Assembly: GCA_043823435.1 (NCBI GenBank)
Contig: JBDRAV010000003.1
Coordinates: forward strand, 96,366 to 160,365
DNA from: Candidatus Omnitrophota bacterium
GTDB taxonomy: Bacteria; Omnitrophota; Gorgyraeia; Gygaellales; Profunditerraquicolaceae
Direction of reading: 5' to 3'
DNA length: 64,000 bases
A model generated the notes under the pieces. It saw only the letters and a program-made list of their open reading frames with translations, had not been told where the DNA came from and searched no databases. Of this stretch, positions 9,983 to 19,694 are shown piece by piece. The stretch's first letter is position 1. Every line of letters begins with the position of its first letter. The position numbers and the translations under genes are program-made.

Positions 9983-10000
9983 CATGAGCCCTATAACTGC

Positions 10001-10996
10001 TTATCTGGTTTCTTTGGTTACTATCGGAGTAATCGTGCGTTCCTCTTTGTTGTCAGGGGCTACCGCTTTGACGGGAATGACCTGTTTCCCGTCAGGAAGG
10101 GCAAAACGCATCGAAAAAGTCCCATCGCGCCTCAGATTTATCTGCTTGTCCTGGACATAAACCTTTGCATCCGGTTCGGTTGCTCCGTAAACGATCAACT
10201 CGGTGTTTACCGCGAGCCAGAATTCTCTCTCACCCGGCGCTTTCTTGACCGGGCTCGCCACAGATGATACTCCGGAAGTGACCCCGGAAAATAATTCCTT
10301 CTTCACCCTCTCCTGCCAGGCCTTCCCCACCGGAGAGCTCCTGCCTAACCCGAAACCTATCCCATAAAGCCGGGCAAACATATCATCCGGTATCATCCAT
10401 TCCTCGTCGGTAATCCATGAAGGGCCTTCTATGGGGGTTGAGACAGTATTTGAACGCACTATCACTATAAATCGTCCGTCTGGCAACAAGAGGCCTAAAT
10501 CCACGCACCATGATTTACCGGGCCCCGCGGTATCGATATACCAGTTATTGGCGTATTCGTTCACCTGTATATCAAAAAAGCTGTGGGCATTATTTCCGTC
10601 GAAAATAATCTGGCTTATGTCATAGACACGCAGTATGCGCCTGGCGCTGTGAAAATCACCCTTCAACTCTCTCTCGAGTCTTAGGTAAGTATGGGGCCCT
10701 ACCTCCCAGTAGGTATGCAGCCAACGGGGGTCGCGCACCTGCAAGACAATCTTATCCTCTTCGTATCCTCTGGGCAACTCCTGAGGCATCAGCCGTGGCA
10801 TAATCGGAGCTTCTGCCGTATAAAACTTTGTCTTTCCTATCGCAGTCTCCTGCTGACCTATAACTTCTTTTTTATCTGCCGCAGTCCGGGATGTGTCCTT
10901 CTTTATCTTTCCCGGTGAAATCACGGTTTTCTTTACCTTCACACGCTGTCTAATTAATTCTATAAATTTATCTTTTATCCTACATAATATATCCAT
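10001..10996 (-). CDS. DUF4912-like protein
   Basis: About 331 aa. Contains the stretch ELPRGYEEDKIVLQVRDPRWLHTYWEV, which I recognise as DUF4912-like. ATG at 10996 has AGGAGG 5 nt upstream, whereas the ORF-track start at 11002 is a GTG inside that SD. Adjacent to GH57. Confidence 0.6.
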   Translation of the reverse strand: MDILCRIKDKFIELIRQRVKVKKTVISPGKIKKDTSRTAADKKEVIGQQETAIGKTKFYTAEAPIMPRLMPQELPRGYEEDKIVLQVRDPRWLHTYWEVGPHTYLRLERELKGDFHSARRILRVYDISQIIFDGNNAHSFFDIQVNEYANNWYIDTAGPGKSWCVDLGLLLPDGRFIVIVRSNTVSTPIEGPSWITDEEWMIPDDMFARLYGIGFGLGRSSPVGKAWQERVKKELFSGVTSGVSSVASPVKKAPGEREFWLAVNTELIVYGATEPDAKVYVQDKQINLRRDGTFSMRFALPDGKQVIPVKAVAPDNKEERTITPIVTKETR

Positions 10997-11022
10997 GCGC
11001 ACCTCCTTTGATTAACTATCAT

Positions 11023-11052
11023 AAAAAAGGGGACAATCTATCCCCTTTTTTT
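11023..11052 (-). terminator. intrinsic terminator after the coiled-coil gene (bidirectional shape)
   Basis: GGGGA (11029-11033) and TCCCC (11041-11045) form a stem with a 7-nt loop. The stem is flanked by an A-run and a T-run, so the minus-strand RNA ends in a U-run. Confidence 0.7.
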
Positions 11053-11127
11053 GTAAAGGTATCTTTTTCGCGTACCTCCTCTAGTCCATAGTTTGATTTT
11101 TTTATTATACCGGTTAAGAAAACAGTG

Positions 11128-11502
11128 CTATTTGGCTGTTTTGGATTTATTCTTAACCAAAGCCTCTTTTAAGTTCTCTTCTAATTTATTCTTAAGCTCT
11201 GTGATCTTTTCCAGCTCTTCCTTAAGGCTCTTGGTTACCAGCTGCTCCTGCAGTAAGGCTTTTTTAACGGTTTCATTATCGGCCTTCACATCCTCGAATT
11301 CCTTTTCTTTGGCTGCCTTTTCATTCTTGAGTTCAATCATCTTCTGTTGTGAATCCCAGCTCGCTGCCTTCTCATTATCCAGTTCCACCGAAACTGCCTT
11401 GAGCTTGCCCGCTATGCCGCAGGAACGGATCGTCCCGATGAATAATATCATGCTCAAAATCGCCAATATCATAATAACCCTGTTTTTAATACTTTCTTCC
11501 AT
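11128..11502 (-). CDS. small membrane-anchored coiled-coil protein, function unknown
   Basis: 124 aa. One N-terminal TM helix followed by Lys/Glu-rich heptad-like sequence. Followed by an intrinsic terminator. Confidence 0.5.
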   Translation of the reverse strand: MEESIKNRVIMILAILSMILFIGTIRSCGIAGKLKAVSVELDNEKAASWDSQQKMIELKNEKAAKEKEFEDVKADNETVKKALLQEQLVTKSLKEELEKITELKNKLEENLKEALVKNKSKTAK

Positions 11503-11530
11503 AGTCCCCTCGCATTTAATTCAAGAATAT

Positions 11531-12184
11531 TTACTTTAAGTTCTCTGCCGGTTCAATAAGCCCAGGCCCTTTTGTTTTCACCGAATCTTTCATTTTGGCC
11601 AATTGGGGCAAGATAACGATCTCAACACGGCGGTTTAACTGGCGGCCTTGCGCGCTGCCATTGGAAGCAACAGGCGTATATTCACCATAGCCGATTGCGG
11701 ATAAACGCTTAGGAGAAATATTCTTCTGGTCGACCATATAATGCAATACGCTCAGGGCACGGGCACTGGAAAGTTCCCAGTTCGATTTCCAGCCCGAGAA
11801 TTTAATAGGCATATTATCCGTATGCCCTTCTATACCTACATTCAGCTGGGGCACGTTATCTTTCAGCACGGTCGCCACCTTATCCAGTATAGGATAGCTC
11901 TGCGGCCTTATCTTTGCTTTCCCGGAATCAAACAAAACATCTCCTACCACCGTAACAACCAGGCCCTTCTCCATCAGCTCTAATTTTACATCCTTATCTC
12001 TGATCTCTTTACTAAGCGAGCTCTCTAGGATCCTCTTCGCCTGGTTCAATTCATCAAGTTGCTGGGATAATTCTTCAATCTTTTGCGCGTCCGAACGCCT
12101 CCCTTTCTGGAAGATAAAAGTGCATCCTGCCAGAGTAATGCTCAAGAAAAATATCATTACGGTTTTTAACAGTTTCCCTTTCAT
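11531..12184 (-). CDS. OmpA/MotB-family peptidoglycan-binding lipoprotein
   Basis: 217 aa. Lipobox LAGC, a coiled-coil linker, and an OmpA-like C-terminal domain (GHTDN...NRRVEIVIL). AAGGAGG SD. Confidence 0.8.
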   Translation of the reverse strand: MKGKLLKTVMIFFLSITLAGCTFIFQKGRRSDAQKIEELSQQLDELNQAKRILESSLSKEIRDKDVKLELMEKGLVVTVVGDVLFDSGKAKIRPQSYPILDKVATVLKDNVPQLNVGIEGHTDNMPIKFSGWKSNWELSSARALSVLHYMVDQKNISPKRLSAIGYGEYTPVASNGSAQGRQLNRRVEIVILPQLAKMKDSVKTKGPGLIEPAENLK

Positions 12185-12297
12185 TTCTACCTCCTTATGG
12201 GACTGCCGACTAAATGTTATTTTTTAAAATAATTCTTAAAAGCGCGGATTATGATTCTAATAATCCAACTGATTCCTATCTTTAAGGATGGAAGCTA

Positions 12298-12326
12298 ACT
12301 ATAACATAATCAAAGAGTTTAGTCAA
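12298..12326 (-). promoter_or_regulatory. sigma-70-type promoter upstream of the OmpA-like gene
   Basis: Minus strand reads TTGACT (12326-12321), a 17-nt spacer, then TATAGT (12303-12298). It lies about 105 nt upstream of the ATG at 12184. Confidence 0.5.
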
Positions 12327-12412
12327 GGGGTTTTAATAGACAGACAATTTATAGAGTACCATCGACTTAAATTGTAGCCCTTGCTTTTCCGGTTGTCGAA
12401 ACACCTGTAAAC

Positions 12413-13681
12413 TTATATAAAGATGGTCTCTTCGCGGGATGAACCCACCGAAACCATTGATATCCTGGTATCCAGGATATCCTGCAGGAAAGATATATAT
12501 TTTTTTGCGTTCAGGGGCAGATCACGGTAAAGCCTTGCTTTACTTACCGTCCCATCCCATCCGTGCATGCTCTTATATACTGGTTTTACGAATTTAGCGG
12601 CTTCTATATCATCGGGAAACTCTTTAAATATCTTACCTTTATATTTATAGGCGGTGCATATCTTTATATCCTTAAGGCCGTCAAGGACGTCGAGTTTCAT
12701 TATTGCTAATTCGGATATCCCATTCAACATAATTGCTTCCTTTACCATAACGCTGTCAAACCATCCGCATCTACGCGGCCTGCCGGTGGTAGCTCCGAAT
12801 TCATTGCCTTTCTTGCGGATAAACTCTGCGAAAACTGGGGCGAATTCAGCGGGGAAAGGGCCCTCCCCCACTCTTGTGGTATAGGCTTTGGCTATGCCTA
12901 TTACCTTATCAATGTTTACCGCAGATACGCCTGTGCCTACGCATGCCCCTCCTGCGGTCGCCGAAGAAGAAGTGACAAAGGGATAAGACCCGAAATCGAT
13001 ATCCAGAAAAGTCCCCTGCGCGCCCTCGAAAAGAATATCTTTTTTATCCCGGGTCGCCTTATTCAATAGCGCTGCGACATTGCATACGTACTGAGAAAGG
13101 AATCTCCCGTAATTTATATAATCCTTGTAAATCGAATTAAAACTGAATCCGGGGTGCCCGTAGACTTTCTTAAAGATCTCGTTCTTTTCCTTTAAATTAT
13201 CCTTTAATTTATCCCTAAACACTCCGGGGCTTAGAAGATCAACCATCCTTATGCCGCAACGGCTGATCTTATCCGCATAACATGGGCCGATACCCCTGCC
13301 AGTCGTCCCTATCTTATGTGTCCTCTTTGTTTCGCGCAAACGGTCCAGGACCTTATGGTAAGGCAGGATTATATGGACGAGCGAAGATATCTTCAGCCGC
13401 CGGTCGATATTTATGCCGCAGGACAATAATCCATTTATCTCCTTTATCAATGCCTCAGGCTCAACCACTACACCGTTACCGATGCAACAGATCTTGCCTT
13501 TATGCAGGATACCGGAAGGCATAAGATGGAATACATATTCTTTTCCGTTTGCGACAACGGTGTGGCCGGCATTGCTCCCGCCTTGATAACGCACGATATA
13601 ATCTATTTTGCGGGACAATATATCGATTATCTTACCCTTGCCTTCATCCCCCCACTGTGTTCCGACCATTACTGTATTCAT
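12413..13681 (-). CDS. purA: adenylosuccinate synthetase
   Basis: 422 aa. QWGDEGKGK P-loop and GTTGRGIGP motif. Confidence 0.95.
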   Translation of the reverse strand: MNTVMVGTQWGDEGKGKIIDILSRKIDYIVRYQGGSNAGHTVVANGKEYVFHLMPSGILHKGKICCIGNGVVVEPEALIKEINGLLSCGINIDRRLKISSLVHIILPYHKVLDRLRETKRTHKIGTTGRGIGPCYADKISRCGIRMVDLLSPGVFRDKLKDNLKEKNEIFKKVYGHPGFSFNSIYKDYINYGRFLSQYVCNVAALLNKATRDKKDILFEGAQGTFLDIDFGSYPFVTSSSATAGGACVGTGVSAVNIDKVIGIAKAYTTRVGEGPFPAEFAPVFAEFIRKKGNEFGATTGRPRRCGWFDSVMVKEAIMLNGISELAIMKLDVLDGLKDIKICTAYKYKGKIFKEFPDDIEAAKFVKPVYKSMHGWDGTVSKARLYRDLPLNAKKYISFLQDILDTRISMVSVGSSREETIFI

Positions 13682-13730
13682 AGTTCCTTAAATCCCTCAG
13701 GTTATTGATACTAAGTTTGACAAAAAGTGA

Positions 13731-14969
13731 TTACAATGACATGGTGAAGATCTTGCGCGCAATATCCGGATACCTGGCGATAAATCGTAATTCATCATCA
13801 ACAAGGGGTTTCTGATTATGCACATTGGCATGACGCACCAGCTCCAGGATCTCGGTCGCCTCCTTGTCATCATGGAAGACGACCTCCAATTTCTCATAGA
13901 CGTTCCTGAAGCCCTTTATCCCTGAGTATTCACCGGCGGTGATCTTGCGCCCGGTCTCTATTACCTCGGGTTCGCCCCTGCCTAACTCCTCGTAATCATA
14001 TAACTCGTAATTACGCCGGTCCTTCAGGGCACCATCCGCGTGGATACCCGATTCATGGGCAAAGGCATTAGCGCCTATGCCGGGCTGATTTATAGGTATA
14101 GGCACGCCAAAAGCATAAGAGGCGTATTTACAGATCTTCCAGGCGGCCTTCAGGTCTATGCGTTCATCGAGAGAATAATCCTTCATACCGTTTCCATGCT
14201 TTATGGCCAGGACCACTGAAACCAGGTCAGCGTTACCCGCCCGTTCCCCCATACCGTTAACACAGGTATTTATGTAAGCATCCACTCCGCTGTCGCATGC
14301 CGCTTTTGCCCCGGAGATGGAATTAGCCACGACCAACCCAAGGTCATTATGGCAGTGGATTTCAACCGGGATCCTGACTTGATCAGCAAGAAGCTTTATG
14401 CGCTCATAAATCGTAAAAGGCGTATCGTATCCCAGCGTATCGCAATAACGCACCCTGTCGGCGCCTGCCTCTTTGGCTGCCCGGGCGAATTCAATGAGGT
14501 AATCGATTTTGGTGCGCGAGGCATCCTCTGCGTTTACACCTATGGACTGCGCCCCGGACTTACGTGCCTCCTTCACTGCCTCAGTCATCTCTTTTATTAC
14601 CGAGGAATGGTCAAGCTTACCCTTGAATTTATGCACGATCATCTGTTCGGAAGTAGATATAGAAAGGTTCAGATGCTTCAGACCCGGTACAAGCTTGAAA
14701 GCATTTTTTACATCGTCGCAGGTCGCCCTTAACCATCCCCCCAGCCGTATAGGTGTAAGCATCCCTTTATTAACCAATTCCAGGTTAGCATTCAGGTAAC
14801 TTGTCTCGTGGTGCGTCAGGGGGAAACCGAATTCAGATTGGAATACGCCCATATCATTAAGAAATACGTTTATCATTGTCTTTTCAAGCTTAGAGAGGCA
14901 TATCCTGGAAGTCTGGACCCCGTCGCGATTAGTTACGTCAATAATGTATATCTTTGGTTTATGAGCCAT
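13731..14969 (-). CDS. HMGL-like aldolase family (homocitrate / citramalate / 2-isopropylmalate synthase-type)
   Basis: 412 aa. DVTNRDGVQT N-terminal motif and an HxH metal site (EIHCHNDLG). The substrate cannot be resolved from sequence by eye. Confidence 0.75.
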   Translation of the reverse strand: MAHKPKIYIIDVTNRDGVQTSRICLSKLEKTMINVFLNDMGVFQSEFGFPLTHHETSYLNANLELVNKGMLTPIRLGGWLRATCDDVKNAFKLVPGLKHLNLSISTSEQMIVHKFKGKLDHSSVIKEMTEAVKEARKSGAQSIGVNAEDASRTKIDYLIEFARAAKEAGADRVRYCDTLGYDTPFTIYERIKLLADQVRIPVEIHCHNDLGLVVANSISGAKAACDSGVDAYINTCVNGMGERAGNADLVSVVLAIKHGNGMKDYSLDERIDLKAAWKICKYASYAFGVPIPINQPGIGANAFAHESGIHADGALKDRRNYELYDYEELGRGEPEVIETGRKITAGEYSGIKGFRNVYEKLEVVFHDDKEATEILELVRHANVHNQKPLVDDELRFIARYPDIARKIFTMSL

Positions 14970-14973
14970 ATTG

Positions 14974-16737
14974 TCACCTCTTTATTATTTTTTTAAGTTC
15001 TTCCTTCACCGGCACGCCATGCGAACTGAATATCTCCCGGTTATCCAGCAGATACGCCGGCCCCAACATAATTTGCAATTCCTCACTCAGCGCAATATTC
15101 TCCCTTAGAAGCCTATTCCCTTCTTCTCCGCGCGCGCAAATACTTATCTTATCCGTATCTGCTTCACCTAAGCAATCCTGCCACCATGAACTATTAATAG
15201 AATTCACCCGGCAGCTGATATAATTCCAAAACTCCTGAGGGTAATATTTCTGGACACAGACGCTGCGCAGGCATTCCTCTACTTCAAGGTTCCCTCCCTT
15301 TGCCTCAAACTTTCCCCCGGCCTTTTCGACAACTAAGAAATGCACAATAGGGTTGAATTCTCTTATCGTATTCAATAATGCCCGGGCATCCTTATGGTAT
15401 AAACTCATAAATAAATCCAGCCTTCCCTTAACGGGCTTTCTATCCAGATAATAAGCAATGCCGCTAAAACTGGGATTTAACATATAAAAATCACCCTTTG
15501 CCTGCAGGTTATTCTTTAATTTTCCAAACCCACCCCCTTCTTCCGCTTCTTTCCCCAGAAGATAAACCGGCAGGACATCGATACCCAAATCTTTGATTAA
15601 TCTGTCGGCTTCTTTCCCTGGATAATATAGGTAAGATACTGATAATCCAGGAAAGTATGTCTTCAAAAGGCTCTCCTTATCTTTAGTATAACATGTACTG
15701 CAAAGTTTAGAGGTAATGATCGAGAGGGGGACCTTGACTGCTTTAGTGAATACGCACCGTGCCTGCAATATACCGGGGGAGTCACATCTTCCTACCGACC
15801 CCTCCTGTTTGCAATTATTATCGGAGAAACAGCGCGGTAAAATAGACAGTATATCCGGATCATCGGATATCTTATCTGAAAGACGCAACTCTTCTACCCT
15901 GTAATTCGCTACTTTATTATCATTCAAATCCATGGTTAATTTCCCGATGCCGCGTCCCTGCCAGGAAGGCCTTAATATCAAAACGGCGCCTTCTTTGCTA
16001 AAAATATCTTTCTTTGTGCGGCTATGGCCTACAATAAGGATACCTATCCCCTCGACTTCCTTCAATAAACTTAAATCCTCACTCTCGCCCAGATGGCTTA
16101 TGAGTATAATAAGGTCTACTCTATTCTTTTTTAATTCTGATACTGCCTCTTTAACCGCTGTTTTCGGATCAATAAACCGCATGCCGCTTGCTCCGGCCTT
16201 CTGCTCTGCCAGAGAATTAGTCAAGCCGATTATACCTATCTTCCTGCCGGCGGATTCTTTTATAATATATGGCTTGAGCAAAGGAACCCCCGCCCCTTCT
16301 GCACAGATATTAGAAGAAAGAAAAGCTATCCGCGTCTTCCCGACATTATCCTGGAGGAACTCCATGCCGAAGTTAAATTCATCATCTCCGACTGTAGCGG
16401 CATCATACTTCATTAATTCCATTGCCTCAAGATTTACGATGGAGCGTTGCATATCCAGTTCTGTATTCTGGGTATATTCATCCTGAAGCCCGCCGGCAAA
16501 GAATCCGCCTGAATCTAACAATAAGAGGTCAGGGCTATCCTTTCTTAACTCTTTGATCAAGGTAGCGCGCCGCGCTATCCCGCCGTCCGACTGGTAATGG
16601 CAATTGCAAGGATAAAGCATTGCGTGCGTCTCGCCGGTATATAGTATGGTAATCTCCTGGGCGCTTATATCACTAGAGAACAGAAAACAGAAAACAAAGA
16701 GTGCTAGGGAGAATATAGATAAACTTTTTCTTGTCAT
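14974..16737 (-). CDS. secreted 5'-nucleotidase/metallophosphoesterase-like domain fused to Cys-rich and thioredoxin/DsbA-like C-terminal regions
   Basis: 587 aa. Signal peptide, then a UshA-like N-terminal half with altered metal motifs. Next comes a four-Cys cluster, a CSTC (CxxC) motif and a second Trx-like segment. Confidence 0.6.
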   Translation of the reverse strand: MTRKSLSIFSLALFVFCFLFSSDISAQEITILYTGETHAMLYPCNCHYQSDGGIARRATLIKELRKDSPDLLLLDSGGFFAGGLQDEYTQNTELDMQRSIVNLEAMELMKYDAATVGDDEFNFGMEFLQDNVGKTRIAFLSSNICAEGAGVPLLKPYIIKESAGRKIGIIGLTNSLAEQKAGASGMRFIDPKTAVKEAVSELKKNRVDLIILISHLGESEDLSLLKEVEGIGILIVGHSRTKKDIFSKEGAVLILRPSWQGRGIGKLTMDLNDNKVANYRVEELRLSDKISDDPDILSILPRCFSDNNCKQEGSVGRCDSPGILQARCVFTKAVKVPLSIITSKLCSTCYTKDKESLLKTYFPGLSVSYLYYPGKEADRLIKDLGIDVLPVYLLGKEAEEGGGFGKLKNNLQAKGDFYMLNPSFSGIAYYLDRKPVKGRLDLFMSLYHKDARALLNTIREFNPIVHFLVVEKAGGKFEAKGGNLEVEECLRSVCVQKYYPQEFWNYISCRVNSINSSWWQDCLGEADTDKISICARGEEGNRLLRENIALSEELQIMLGPAYLLDNREIFSSHGVPVKEELKKIIKR

Positions 16738-18320
16738 TACAGCCTGATTATTTTTACCGCTAAGATATTATCGGTTTTCTTTATCTTATCCAGGAGTTGC
16801 GCCGATACGGCACTATCCACATTCAGTATGGTAATCGCTTTTCCTCCCGGCTTTTCGCGGCCAAAGGTCATGGCGGCGATATTAATGTCGTGCTCACCAA
16901 GAAGCATCCCCATATTCCCGATAATGCCCGGCTTATCCCAGTTCTGTATCATGATCATTTCTCCCGCCGGGGAAACCTCTACGTAATAACCGCCGATCTT
17001 TACGATACGCGGCTGTTTATTCGCGGATAATGTACCAGATATCACCTTTGATTCCTTATCAGTCTTTATCTCAAGCTGTATCAGGTTCACGAACTCTTCT
17101 TCTTTAGAGGTCTTGGCCTCCCTGATCCTTATGCCCCTTTCCTTCGCCAGGCTTACGGCATTGATAAAATTTACCGTCTCCTTCAGGATAGGCGAAAGCA
17201 TCCCTTTCACGAGAGACATAGTCAAGGGGCTTAGATCATATTGCACGATCTCTCCGCTATAGCTTATGCTGAGTTCCTGGAACCTGCCCTCAACCATCTG
17301 GCCGCAAAAGGCACCCATCTTCTCGGCTAAATTGATATAGGGATCAAGGAATTTGCAAACCTCTGCTTCTATGCATGGGTAATTTGCGGCATTACGTATA
17401 CCTTTACCCAAGAGCGCATCACGTACTATCTGTGCCACTTCGATGGCGACATTGACCTGCGCTTCCTCGGTAGATGCACCCAGGTGCGGAGTTAATATGA
17501 CATTATCTAATTTTAATAACTCACTGTCGGCGGGCAATGGCTCATTTTCAAATACATCCAGCGCCGCTGCCGCTATCTTATCTTCTTTTATAGCGCTTAA
17601 TAATGCTGCCTCATCGATTATGCCCCCGCGGGCGCAATTTATTAAACGCGCCCCTTTCTTCATCGCATCGAATTCTTTGCCTGAGATTATATGTTTTGTT
17701 TCTTCGGTCAGGGGCGTATGTACGGTAATATAATCCGATTTGCCGAGGAGCTCTTTCAATTCAGCTATTTCTATACCCAGGCTCTCCGCGACTTCGCGCG
17801 ATAAAAACGGGTCATACGCCAGCACCTTCATTCCGAAAGATAAAGCACGTTTAGCCACTTCTGTGCCTATCCTGCCCAAACCCACGATACCTAATGTTTT
17901 TCCGTAAAGTTCGATCCCCATAAACTTGGAACGCTTCCATTCCCCTTTCTTCATAGAAACATTGGCCTGGGGTATATTCCTGGAGAGAGACAAGATCATG
18001 CTTATGGTATGCTCCGCGGTAGAAATAGTGTTTCCTCCGGGGGTATTCATTACGATTATCCCTTTTTGCGTGGCTGCCTCTAAATCAACGTTATCTAACC
18101 CTACCCCTGCGCGGCCGATGACTTTTAGCTTTGCGGCAGCTGCGATTATATCTTTGGTCACCTTGGTGGCGCTACGCACGATAAGGGCATCATAATTCCC
18201 GATCTCTTCTTTCAAGGCCTCAGGCTTCAGTCCAGTCTTGACATCTACCTGAAACTCCTTCACCTCTTTTAATATCTTCAGACCCTCTTCCGACAGCGGA
18301 TCACTGACTAATATTCTCAT
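16737..18320 (-). CDS. serA: D-3-phosphoglycerate dehydrogenase (long form with ACT domain)
   Basis: 527 aa. GLGRIG NAD-binding motif, 2-hydroxyacid dehydrogenase catalytic region, and a C-terminal ASB/ACT region. Confidence 0.95.
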   Translation of the reverse strand: MRILVSDPLSEEGLKILKEVKEFQVDVKTGLKPEALKEEIGNYDALIVRSATKVTKDIIAAAAKLKVIGRAGVGLDNVDLEAATQKGIIVMNTPGGNTISTAEHTISMILSLSRNIPQANVSMKKGEWKRSKFMGIELYGKTLGIVGLGRIGTEVAKRALSFGMKVLAYDPFLSREVAESLGIEIAELKELLGKSDYITVHTPLTEETKHIISGKEFDAMKKGARLINCARGGIIDEAALLSAIKEDKIAAAALDVFENEPLPADSELLKLDNVILTPHLGASTEEAQVNVAIEVAQIVRDALLGKGIRNAANYPCIEAEVCKFLDPYINLAEKMGAFCGQMVEGRFQELSISYSGEIVQYDLSPLTMSLVKGMLSPILKETVNFINAVSLAKERGIRIREAKTSKEEEFVNLIQLEIKTDKESKVISGTLSANKQPRIVKIGGYYVEVSPAGEMIMIQNWDKPGIIGNMGMLLGEHDINIAAMTFGREKPGGKAITILNVDSAVSAQLLDKIKKTDNILAVKIIRL

Positions 18321-18352
18321 CGTTCCTCCTAAATATAGTATAATTACATTGC

Positions 18353-18493
18353 AGAGACGTTTACCGAGTTAATCGGGAAGGTGTCCCTAATCCAATCGTT
18401 CTCTAAAATTGGGAAGCTATACCTTGAATTCTTTAAGGAACACCTTCCCGTTCAGACCAAAGACACTTTCCGCTTTGGCTTGGAAAACGTCTC
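18353..18493. repeat. second copy of the GAGACG-family long imperfect palindrome
   Basis: agagacgtttaccgagttaatcgggaaggtgtccc (18353-18387) matches 61396-61430 closely. Outer stem pairs 18354-18362 with 18485-18493. Inner stem pairs 18374-18386 with 18437-18450. Confidence 0.8.
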
Positions 18494-18498
18494 GGATA

Positions 18499-19635
18499 TT
18501 ATTTGAGGAATACTTCTTCAGCTGCTTTAACCCCGATTCCTAACTCAAACTTATACCCCATCTGGTACAATACTTTTTCAAGACAGGAGATACCCGCGAT
18601 AATATCAAACTCTTCTATGAAACCCATATGCGCGATCCTGATCAGCTTGCCTTTTAATTCCCCCTGGCCTCCGGCAATGGTAATGCCGTGGATATCGCGC
18701 ATGGTCTTTACTAATTTTCCTCCTTCGATACCGGCCGGCACCTTCGCCGCGGTGACCACATCAGAGGCTGCCGTAGGCGCAAGTAACTCCAACCCAAGTG
18801 CTTTTACGGCTGCCCTTGTGGCATCCGCCATCTTTTTATGGCGCGAGAAGATCGTATCTAACCCTTCCTCTCTCATTATCTTCAATGCTTCACATAGTGC
18901 GATTATCAGGGTTATCGCCGGAGTAAAAGGAGTATCCGTCACATCCGAAGCCTTCTTTGCCTTCTTCAGGCTGAAATAATACTTCGGGGACTTGGATTCC
19001 TCCACAAGCTTCCATGCCTTTGGGCTTACCGAAATGAAACCGAGGCCCGGTGGAAGCATCAACCCTTTTTGGGAACCCGAGACGACCACATCACAAGACC
19101 AAGCATCAGTCTGCAGGTCAATTGCCCCTAAGCCGCTTATGGCGTCTACTACCAGTACCGCAGGCGTATCTTTCACGACCTTACCGATAGCGGCTATATC
19201 ATTGACTACGCCGGTAGAAGTCTCGCAAAGCGTAGCAAATACCGCTTTTATTTTCGGGTTAGCCCTGAGCATCTTTCCTATCTGCTCCGGATCGACAGCC
19301 TTACCCCATTCTACGTCTATAACCTCGGGGATAATACCGTAAGTTTCACAAAGCTCGGTCCATCTCTCGCCGAATTTACCGCCCTGTATTGTTATGGCCG
19401 TGTCAGCGCAAGACAAAAGGTTAGCAACGGCTGCCTCCATCGCACCGGTGCCCGAAGAAGCAAAAATAAAGAGATCGCCTTTAGTCTGATAAATATATTT
19501 CAGCCCATCCGCTGCTTCTTTAAGTATTGCCTGGAATTGCGGTGTACGGTGATGAATAATGGGACGCGCCATTGCTTCGCAAACCTCTGGGGGCAATGGG
19601 GTAGGTCCCGGGGTCAATAGATACTGTTTTCTCAT
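18499..19635 (-). CDS. class-V aminotransferase (serine-pyruvate / phosphoserine aminotransferase type)
   Basis: 378 aa. AGXT-like sequence with SGSQKGL (PLP lysine). Upstream of serA, which suggests a phosphoserine aminotransferase role. Confidence 0.85.
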   Translation of the reverse strand: MRKQYLLTPGPTPLPPEVCEAMARPIIHHRTPQFQAILKEAADGLKYIYQTKGDLFIFASSGTGAMEAAVANLLSCADTAITIQGGKFGERWTELCETYGIIPEVIDVEWGKAVDPEQIGKMLRANPKIKAVFATLCETSTGVVNDIAAIGKVVKDTPAVLVVDAISGLGAIDLQTDAWSCDVVVSGSQKGLMLPPGLGFISVSPKAWKLVEESKSPKYYFSLKKAKKASDVTDTPFTPAITLIIALCEALKIMREEGLDTIFSRHKKMADATRAAVKALGLELLAPTAASDVVTAAKVPAGIEGGKLVKTMRDIHGITIAGGQGELKGKLIRIAHMGFIEEFDIIAGISCLEKVLYQMGYKFELGIGVKAAEEVFLK

Positions 19636-19694
19636 AAAACCTCCGCTTTAATTTAGAAAGGCTGAACGTTAAAATATGGGCAAAAAAACTAACC

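Noticed and set aside
11071-11090. An orphan strong SD-like sequence (minus-strand TAGAGGAGGTACGCG) between the coiled-coil gene and its terminator.
   Set aside because: No ATG, GTG or TTG follows at suitable spacing, and no ORF follows. It is probably chance or a remnant.
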